Below, piece by piece: positions 7,872 through 14,598 of a stretch of DNA of 14,598 bases; position 1 is the first letter of the stretch; every line of letters begins with the position of its first letter. Below the pieces are notes generated by a model. The model saw only the letters and a program-made list of their open reading frames with translations. It did no database searches and was not told the DNA's origin. The stretch comes from Fibrobacterota bacterium. GTDB taxonomy: Bacteria; Fibrobacterota; Fibrobacteria; UBA11236. Position numbers and translations under genes: made by a program. The stretch lies in the NCBI GenBank assembly GCA_043753995.1, contig JAYUVP010000128.1:1-14598 (forward strand), given 5' to 3'.

Positions 7872-10040
7872 TCATTCCCCTGTGCGCACATAGCCGAAGC
7901 GGCGCACTTGCTTCACCGAGGTGGAACGCACGCGCACTTCATCGCCGGCGGCATTGCGCGTCACGACTTCGCCATGCGTTGTCGCGTCGAGATTCATGAT
8001 ATAGGCGCCGGTCGCCAAGTGACGGCCATTGTGGGCCACGGGAACGAAGGAAATCGCCACCTTGGCCGTGTCGGAATTCCTTCTTATCAACTCAAATTGT
8101 TCCGCCGTCAATTCTCCCGCGCCATTGCGAACGAATTGCCCAAGGTTGTCGTAAACCCGATAGGAAAAATCGAATGGCGCATTCACGGGCATGATCCAAG
8201 TGGGAAATTGTCCCGGCTTCGCGCCTGTTTGCGTCAAGACTTCGCAACCCGAAAGGCAAGGCCCCAATGCGCCGCCCTCAACCTTCGGTGCCTCAAAGAT
8301 AAGGATGGTCGGAGTGCCTGGTTTCAGCCCCTCCAGAGTCGTCACGCCCCTGGCAGGTTCCTTGGGGGGCTGCAATGCGCCCACGGGATCCACCACGGGA
8401 ATGATTTTGCCAGGCAAGGTATAGGTGACCGTCTCACGCGGGTCACGGGGATGGGTCCAGGTCAAGGTCACCGATCCCGTCTGATTGCTTTCCAGCACGG
8501 CATTGCCGGCCTTGGGCGTTCCCGAGCGCGGATTGAAGGCTTGATCTTGCTTATGCTCGGCAATGCCCGAGACCATGCTCGGCGCCTTCATGGCTATGCT
8601 CTCGCGATCACCCCAGGACGCCGCGTCGCTGCGCGTCGAATCGGAAGACGTCGCCAGAACCGTGACGCCTTGCAATTCGGAAGGAGATCGGGTTAGGCGA
8701 ACCGTATAAGTCGAAACATCGGCAGTGTATAACTCAGGAGTTTTTCCCGACCCGTCCAGCAGGGTGAGGGTGGGTAAATCGAAGCAGGAATAATTATTGC
8801 CATTGCGATCGGCAGCCGCGCCGGAAACATTGAAGTTCACCGTGTATTGCCGCGTCGTTGTGTCATTGAGAGACACTTCAATGCGCAATTGATTTTCCCC
8901 TTCGCGCAAGGCGAGCACTGAATCCAGAGTCACCGCCAGGCTGGTATCGGGATTGGCTTTCATATCCTTGGCCGCGCTGACCTGGGGCTTGGACAAACTG
9001 GTATTAGTGACCTTCACCGATTTCGGCAGGGGATTGCTCACCACGCTGCGAATGATGGTCGCCATGACTTGGTGCATGGATGTAGTATCGGTGGGAGCCA
9101 CGCGAAAAAACTTACCGCCGGTGAGACGGGTCAAGGTGTCGAGTTGGTTGGGAGCAACGTCGACTTTTTTATCGCGATTGAGGCGATAGCCTAAATGCAA
9201 ACCATAGACAGGAGGCAGATCGGGAATCAGTTTTTTCACGTCTTCCCAATCCACGATGGCGCCATCGGAAATAAGTATGATAGCGGGCTTTTTCGCCGCC
9301 TTATAAATCGGATCATTTTTCCGCCAGTCAATCGCTTTGCGCAAGGCTTGGGCCCAATAGGTGGCTTGTTTGCGCTCGGTCGCTGCGGTCTTCATCAGTT
9401 CGCCGCGAATATTGGCGCAAGGATCGGTTTTGCTTTGATTCTGCCCAGCATCGGCCACGGCATCGCTGACTTTTTTCGTCAAGGTCTCCAACCGGGCTAG
9501 GCCCTGGGGCGTCGCCGAAGAAATGTCCAAGGGTGCGCTCACATAGCGGTCTTGTAAGCCATCACTTCCGGCCATAAAGGGAAGAAAGCCCGCTGAACTG
9601 TGACTGGCCAATTGGCTTTGCAGGCGCATTCCCTGAATCACCACATTGCCTCGCCGCTGGAAAGGATCGCCCGCACACGAATTGTATTCGTTGCCATTCA
9701 TGTCCTTGGCGCTATTTTCTCCCGTCCACATGCTCCCCGAATTATCGAGCAAATACAGAATATCGGCTTCGCCTGCATTTTCGGTTTTGAAGGCATTCTG
9801 GCAAATCGACAAGCCATCCTGGGCCAAACGCGATACGTTTTTAGGCATGTCCAAGGACTTGCCGTCCAAAGCCGCCAAATCCAGGCATTTGCGAAAAGCC
9901 GTTTCACCGAAATAGGCATTTTGAGCATGCCAATCGCATCGTTTGGCGGCAAAGGCCGGAAAAACGCCTAAACCGCACAGTACCAGGCCGGCGATTTGGA
10001 CTCGCCGCGTGAAAACCCGTTGGAAGCCGTAGAAAGGCAT
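7872..10040 (-). CDS. Secreted von Willebrand factor A (MIDAS) domain protein with Ig-like regions and C-terminal sorting-like domain
   Basis: AGGAG RBS before ATG 10040 and a signal peptide ending in AFA. MIDAS DNSGS (9732-9746) and ILISDG. C-terminal YDNLGQFV...NGRHLATGAYI...FGYVR. 722 aa from this start. Confidence 0.8.
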   Translation of the reverse strand: MPFYGFQRVFTRRVQIAGLVLCGLGVFPAFAAKRCDWHAQNAYFGETAFRKCLDLAALDGKSLDMPKNVSRLAQDGLSICQNAFKTENAGEADILYLLDNSGSMWTGENSAKDMNGNEYNSCAGDPFQRRGNVVIQGMRLQSQLASHSSAGFLPFMAGSDGLQDRYVSAPLDISSATPQGLARLETLTKKVSDAVADAGQNQSKTDPCANIRGELMKTAATERKQATYWAQALRKAIDWRKNDPIYKAAKKPAIILISDGAIVDWEDVKKLIPDLPPVYGLHLGYRLNRDKKVDVAPNQLDTLTRLTGGKFFRVAPTDTTSMHQVMATIIRSVVSNPLPKSVKVTNTSLSKPQVSAAKDMKANPDTSLAVTLDSVLALREGENQLRIEVSLNDTTTRQYTVNFNVSGAAADRNGNNYSCFDLPTLTLLDGSGKTPELYTADVSTYTVRLTRSPSELQGVTVLATSSDSTRSDAASWGDRESIAMKAPSMVSGIAEHKQDQAFNPRSGTPKAGNAVLESNQTGSVTLTWTHPRDPRETVTYTLPGKIIPVVDPVGALQPPKEPARGVTTLEGLKPGTPTILIFEAPKVEGGALGPCLSGCEVLTQTGAKPGQFPTWIMPVNAPFDFSYRVYDNLGQFVRNGAGELTAEQFELIRRNSDTAKVAISFVPVAHNGRHLATGAYIMNLDATTHGEVVTRNAAGDEVRVRSTSVKQVRRFGYVRTGE

Positions 10041-10072
10041 AAGCTTATCTCCTGTTTCGGCTGCTCGGCTCA

Positions 10073-10090
10073 CCCTAGCGAAACAATCTC
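10073..10090 (+). repeat. Direct repeat copy 1 CCCTAGCGAAACAATCTC
   Basis: 16/18 identical to 10680-10697. Confidence 0.75.
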
Positions 10091-10124
10091 GTCTTGGGAA
10101 TATACAGTGTACCGGAAAGTTCGC

Positions 10125-10685
10125 ATGGAAGTCCCAGCAAATCTGGCTCTTGGAGAGCCCCATAAGCGCGAAGAACGGCATATTCCCGGGCTTATTATCC
10201 TTGCCGGGCCTTCAGGTTCGGGAAAAACGACCTTGGGGCTTTATCTCGCCGAAAAAATGCGCTGGAGCTTTCTAGACGGCGATGATTTCCACGATGCGCC
10301 AGCCAAGGAAAAAATGGCGCTTGGCCAGCCCCTGGAGGATCAGGATCGCTTACCCTGGTTGCATCGACTGAATGCCCGCCTTTTGGAGCAGAAGCGGACT
10401 TCCCAACCCACGATTTTGGCCTGTTCTGCCTTGAAAATCAGCTATCGCCGTATTTTGGCCGAAGGATTGCAACCTCCTCCGCTATGGTTTTGGCTCGACT
10501 TGCCCGAAAAAGACCTGGAACAACGCCTGAAAACCCGAACCCAACATTTTTTTCCCGCCTCTCTCCTGCCAACTCAATTGCTGGCCGTCGAAATGAGTGG
10601 CGATTTGCGTCTTTTGAATGGCCGACTGCCCCTACCCGACCTCACCCAAGAAGTATTGCGACAAATGCGCCTGTGTTTGCCCTAA
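10125..10685 (+). CDS. Gluconokinase (GntK/IdnK family)
   Basis: Walker A GPSGSGKTT, DGDDFH, KMxxGxPLxDxDRxPWL, ACSALKxxYR and HFFPxSLLxxQ. Start uncertain; ATG 10125 chosen. Confidence 0.88.
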   Translation: MEVPANLALGEPHKREERHIPGLIILAGPSGSGKTTLGLYLAEKMRWSFLDGDDFHDAPAKEKMALGQPLEDQDRLPWLHRLNARLLEQKRTSQPTILACSALKISYRRILAEGLQPPPLWFWLDLPEKDLEQRLKTRTQHFFPASLLPTQLLAVEMSGDLRLLNGRLPLPDLTQEVLRQMRLCLP

Positions 10686-10697
10686 GGAAACAATCTC
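10680..10697 (+). repeat. Direct repeat copy 2 CCCTAAGGAAACAATCTC
   Basis: 16/18 identical to 10073-10090; overlaps the gluconokinase stop codon. Confidence 0.75.
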
Positions 10698-10781
10698 TGC
10701 ATGAAAAACCTGATTTTATGGCCTTCCAAGCCTTACCTTGGTTAGAGTCAAGTCGGGTTTAGGTAAACAGTTGGCGGTTTC

Positions 10782-11609
10782 ATGGTCGATGTATTTGTGT
10801 ATTCGGATTACCGGCAATTCTTAGCGGATGCCTATGCCGAGAGGCATAACCGTGATCGGCGCTTTTCCTATCGCTTTATCGCCCAAAAGGCGGGTTTCGC
10901 CTCCGCAGGCTTTTTCACCAATGTGCTCAAGGGCAAAAAAGACGTGTCCATGCCCCTGGCCATTCGTCTCGCCGACGTTTTCGGGCTTTCCCCTCGTCAG
11001 CGCCAATATTTCGAACAGCTTGTGATGTTCAACAAATCACAAACCGAAAGTGAAAAACAAGAGCATCTTAAACGCTTACGTAACCTGCGGGGCCGCGCAG
11101 CCAAAAACGTGGATGGCTCTCAGGGGGAATTTTATGCGCAATGGCAAAACACGGCTCTGCGCGAAGTTTTAGCGCTCAAGCCTTTTAACGGAGATTATAA
11201 AGCCTTGGGTGCCATGCTCAATCCTCCCCTGTCCGCCGCCGAAGCCCGCAAGGCCGTAGACTTGCTTTTGCAATTGGGCCTCGTGCGTAAAATATCCGGA
11301 GGTTCACTAGAACGCACCGATCCCAATTTGACCGCGGGCGATGCGGTGAGCCAAGCGCTAATCGTTGGCTACCAATTGCAAACCATCGAATTGGCCCGCC
11401 GCGCCTTGGAGGAATTGCCCAAAAACCAGAGAAATTTTTCAACTCTGACCTTGAGCATTTCCGCGGCGACCTATACTGACATTCTTGAGGAGCTGCGCGT
11501 CTTTCGTAAGCGAGTGCTAACCATGGCCGCCGAATCCCAAGACCCCGACCGGGTCATACAGATGAACTTTCATGTATTTCCCCTCACCCACCTTTCGGAG
11601 TTGCCTTGA
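10782..11609 (+). CDS. TIGR02147-family protein (N-terminal XRE-like HTH plus DUF4423-like C-terminal domain)
   Basis: Y-DYRQFL, FSYRxxAxKAGxxS, YFxxLVxFN, FYxxW, RNFSTLTLSI and VxQMNFxxFPL are characteristic of this Fibrobacter-expanded family; 275 aa. Confidence 0.88.
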   Translation: MVDVFVYSDYRQFLADAYAERHNRDRRFSYRFIAQKAGFASAGFFTNVLKGKKDVSMPLAIRLADVFGLSPRQRQYFEQLVMFNKSQTESEKQEHLKRLRNLRGRAAKNVDGSQGEFYAQWQNTALREVLALKPFNGDYKALGAMLNPPLSAAEARKAVDLLLQLGLVRKISGGSLERTDPNLTAGDAVSQALIVGYQLQTIELARRALEELPKNQRNFSTLTLSISAATYTDILEELRVFRKRVLTMAAESQDPDRVIQMNFHVFPLTHLSELP

Positions 11610-13525
11610 CCTTTAGCTTGCGCATGAGACTCCGGAAATCCTCCCTGGGCCGATGGACCTGGCTCGTTTGGCTCTTTTTGGCCAGCCTCGCCTTGGCTTT
11701 AAGCGCCTGTCAAGCAACAGGTGGCGGCGGCTCGGAAACAGAATCCATTACCGGTCGCACCCGCGATCTCGCCGGCAATGCTTTGCACAATGCCCGCGTT
11801 CACCTATGGACCGATTCTCTCCTGCTCGATCCTGTCCAAGATGGCAGCCCAGAACCCGTAGCCGCGACCAGCACCGATAACCAGGGCCGATTCCGTCTCG
11901 ACAGCCTTCCCGCCGGGAAATTCCGCCTTCATATCACTGCCGCAGGTGGCAGCCTTTATGTCTTGCGAGATGTTGAACTCGACGGCAAACCCGGAGTCTT
12001 GTCCCTCGACTCACTGAAGCTCGAACCTGGAGGGTCCCTGCAAGGCCGATTCGACACGACCTCCTCGGGGCGTTTCGACCGCTATGTCCAAGTTTATGGC
12101 ATACCCCGCTTTGCCCGTTGCGAAGGCAATGGCCGTTGGAAGGTCGATGGCCTTCCGGTAGGCCAATACCGACTCCGCTATCTCACGGAAGAACCCTTCC
12201 GCATGGCCGTGAATTCCGAAAGTCTGCTTGTCCGCTCCAAAGACAGCACGCCGGCGGCGGTCGCCTTCAGCAAACGAGGCGTCAAATTGAATCTGCTGAC
12301 CGGTGTCCCCGGCCTGCAATTCTCCGGCATTGGCCCAGACAATCCCGTGATTTATGATAATGAGTTTTGCGACAACACCGCCGAGATGGCCTTCTTTTTA
12401 CCTGCTGTCGCACGGGGCCTTATCAACCTGAAGGGGTGGGTGGTCACCAAGGATTTCGTGAATTCTCCTGCCCGAAGTCTCGATACGCAATTCCAACAAT
12501 GCAAAGAGGTCAGGGAAATCGGTCGCCTCGCCGGCTTTAAACTTCCTGTTTCTCCTGTGACCGGATCGCCCGAGAAATTGGCTCCGGCGGCCTCCGGCCG
12601 ACTCCTTGACATGAAGCCCCATCCCTCCGAAGGGGCCTCCCTGATCTTGGCCGAGGCGGCCAAGGCCAGTTTCGAAAAGCCTTTAATCTTGCTCGTGGGT
12701 GGAACCCTTTCCACCCTCGCCAGCGCCTATTTGCTAGACCCAACCATAGTGGATCGCATTGCCGTCATCGCGATTTATAGCGATGGCATCAATGGCAAAG
12801 ACAGCCTGGCTAATTTTTTGGTGGCCCAGAAATTCAAATTCATTCATTGGGGACGCGGTTATGTCCATCCTAAGGACACAGCCCTATCCCTGCTCAATAA
12901 CCTGCCAACCCATGCCCTGGGCCTTTTTGCCCATAACCAATTGCTAAGCAATACCGCCGGCTTAGGCGATTTGCCTTTGTCCTTTATTTTGCTGAAGCCC
13001 ACCCTTTTCCAAGGCGCCACAGCTTTGAATTTAAGGGCACCGCCATTGAAAGTTCAAAGCGTCCCCGAAGGGGAAAGCGGAGACTTTTGGGATATAGGCC
13101 AAGCCCAAACGGATTTTCCTGGCATGACCCAATTTTTCTACGACAGTCTCTATCTCTGGAAACGTCCCGTACAGCAAATTGGCGATATTGAAGGCGCCTC
13201 TTTCGCCAACTCCAAAGGCGTGCAAGTCAAAAAGGACAGCAGCTCGCTTGAATACTATGCGCAGTTGACGGAGAACGACTCGGTATCCTGGACTCTATCC
13301 TCGACCCAGGCCAAAACCGCGAGAGTCACTTTTTTGGTACGGACGCAAAAGGCCATGAACCTCGCGGTGTCGGTGGATCAAGGGACGGCCAAGACGCTCT
13401 CAGTACCCGCCAATGCCGATTGGCAATCCGTCGACATCGACTTGGCTTTGCCGACCGGCGTTTTCGATTTGCATATGAAAGCCGGCGCAGGTATGGTGGA
13501 TGTGAGACAGTTGATGTTTAATTAG
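11606..13525 (+). CDS. Lipoprotein: carboxypeptidase-regulatory-like beta domains, nucleoside-hydrolase-like domain and CBM6/35-like C-terminal domain
   Basis: Lipobox LSAC (Cys at 11708) followed by GGGGSET. TDNQGRFRLDSLPAGKF; PVIYDN...GGTLSTLASAYLLDPTI; C-terminal IEGASF...WQSV...LPTG jelly-roll pattern. Start TTG 11606 (overlapping the upstream TGA) or ATG 11624. Confidence 0.75.
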   Translation: MTFSLRMRLRKSSLGRWTWLVWLFLASLALALSACQATGGGGSETESITGRTRDLAGNALHNARVHLWTDSLLLDPVQDGSPEPVAATSTDNQGRFRLDSLPAGKFRLHITAAGGSLYVLRDVELDGKPGVLSLDSLKLEPGGSLQGRFDTTSSGRFDRYVQVYGIPRFARCEGNGRWKVDGLPVGQYRLRYLTEEPFRMAVNSESLLVRSKDSTPAAVAFSKRGVKLNLLTGVPGLQFSGIGPDNPVIYDNEFCDNTAEMAFFLPAVARGLINLKGWVVTKDFVNSPARSLDTQFQQCKEVREIGRLAGFKLPVSPVTGSPEKLAPAASGRLLDMKPHPSEGASLILAEAAKASFEKPLILLVGGTLSTLASAYLLDPTIVDRIAVIAIYSDGINGKDSLANFLVAQKFKFIHWGRGYVHPKDTALSLLNNLPTHALGLFAHNQLLSNTAGLGDLPLSFILLKPTLFQGATALNLRAPPLKVQSVPEGESGDFWDIGQAQTDFPGMTQFFYDSLYLWKRPVQQIGDIEGASFANSKGVQVKKDSSSLEYYAQLTENDSVSWTLSSTQAKTARVTFLVRTQKAMNLAVSVDQGTAKTLSVPANADWQSVDIDLALPTGVFDLHMKAGAGMVDVRQLMFN

Positions 13526-14597
13526 GGGAAGCCACCAGGGCAGATAAGTTTTCCCTGGCATGCGTATAGGACGAATCCAAGGCCAGGGCCTTCCGATAAA
13601 GCCATTCCGCCTTCGCCCGGTCACCCGCAGCTTGCTCTATCATGCCCAGATAATTCAAAGCTTTCGGTTGTAGGGAATCCAACTTCAAGGTCTGCTCCAA
13701 ATAAGGTTTAGCCTGAAGGCCTTTTTTCATTTGCAATAAAGACCATGCCAATTGAAAAGAGTAGTCCGCATTGAGAGAGTCCCCACCCAAAAGAGCGCGG
13801 TATTCTTTTTCGGCTTTATCAAACAGCCCCGTGGCGACATAGAGTTCGGCAACCTCGGGTACTAGGAAGCTGTATTCGCTGCCCGAGGTTATGGCGCTTC
13901 GATAGAATTCGATCGCCGAGTCCAATTGACCTTGGGCTTGGGTCCGAGAGCCTTCCAGAAAATTCACATATCCGCTTTTCGGCACAATTTTCACAAGATT
14001 GCTGCTTTGATTGAGCTTCTGATTGGCATTCCAGCCGAAAAATTCGGACGCGCCCAGGCCGGCGGCCGCGAGGAAGAAAAAAGCCACGAAAAACCAATGT
14101 TTTGCACTTGAAGAGGAGTGATAGGTACTCACGGAGGAGAGGCCCAAATCCGCTTGCACTTTGCCGTCGCGGATTTTCCAAATAAAACCGTCGGTGTAAA
14201 AGTGAATCAGGGCGGAAGCCGCGAAGATATTGCCGATTTGATAGAGAAGATTACCGTAAGTTTTCTGATTTTCGTAGGTGTTGACGATGTCCTGGGTAAG
14301 CAATCCAATGCTTCCATAAGCCAGGATGCAAATCGAATAAAGCAAAAGCTTACGCCAATCCCATTGGAAAAGAAATTTCTCGGCCGCACTTTGGGAAAGG
14401 CCGTTTTTAACACGATTGCGATTGTAATTCCAAACGAAAACATTGTATTGCAGGTCATGAAATATTTCCCACAAAATTAAACCCACAATCAAATGATTCA
14501 CGCCAATTAAACAATAGGCCCAGAAACCAAAGCTGAAAACCATGCATAAAATCTTGGGGAGGTTGAAGTAATGGTGGCGAAAACCATTCACTGCCGT
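13518..14597 (-). CDS. Integral membrane protein with conserved His motifs and C-terminal TPR repeats (5' truncated)
   Basis: Frame is open to the window edge. TM segments carry HHYF, FHDLQY and HFYTDGFIWK; TPR-like A..LG...G....A...Y..AL repeats follow. 8-bp convergent overlap with the lipoprotein gene. Confidence 0.75.
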   Translation of the reverse strand, partial: TAVNGFRHHYFNLPKILCMVFSFGFWAYCLIGVNHLIVGLILWEIFHDLQYNVFVWNYNRNRVKNGLSQSAAEKFLFQWDWRKLLLYSICILAYGSIGLLTQDIVNTYENQKTYGNLLYQIGNIFAASALIHFYTDGFIWKIRDGKVQADLGLSSVSTYHSSSSAKHWFFVAFFFLAAAGLGASEFFGWNANQKLNQSSNLVKIVPKSGYVNFLEGSRTQAQGQLDSAIEFYRSAITSGSEYSFLVPEVAELYVATGLFDKAEKEYRALLGGDSLNADYSFQLAWSLLQMKKGLQAKPYLEQTLKLDSLQPKALNYLGMIEQAAGDRAKAEWLYRKALALDSSYTHARENLSALVASPN

Positions 14598-14598
14598 T

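Noticed and set aside
7908..8696. 262-aa plus-strand ORF and the other antisense or shifted ORFs in the track
   Set aside because: Shadow ORFs of well-supported genes in GC-rich sequence, with no recognisable motifs.
9996..10181. Overlapping 5' extensions of the vWA and gluconokinase ORFs
   Set aside because: The RBS and signal peptide place the vWA start at 10040, and kinase similarity begins after 10125. The region between is a divergent intergenic spacer.

Overview
Bacterial chromosomal window, probably Fibrobacterota-like (inferred from a TIGR02147-family gene and the style of the secreted proteins). Left to right it holds: a partial PhnB/VOC gene; a YdeN hydrolase; an arsR-arsM-aquaporin(AqpS-like)-arsC arsenic operon with a palindromic operator; a ~150-nt highly structured non-coding element; a diverged OlsB-like GNAT; thyA-folA (DHFR with a ~46-aa insertion); mgtE; a chemoreceptor (MCP) gene remnant; a secreted vWA protein; a gluconokinase; a TIGR02147 HTH protein coupled to a multidomain lipoprotein; and a partial membrane/TPR gene. 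The three most interesting unexplained signals are the three-way-junction RNA-like element at 3508-3659 (six G-U pairs all favour the minus strand), the TIGR02147 + lipoprotein + divergent secreted-protein module, and an 18-bp near-perfect direct repeat bracketing the gluconokinase gene. All family calls come from motif recognition by eye, not database searches.
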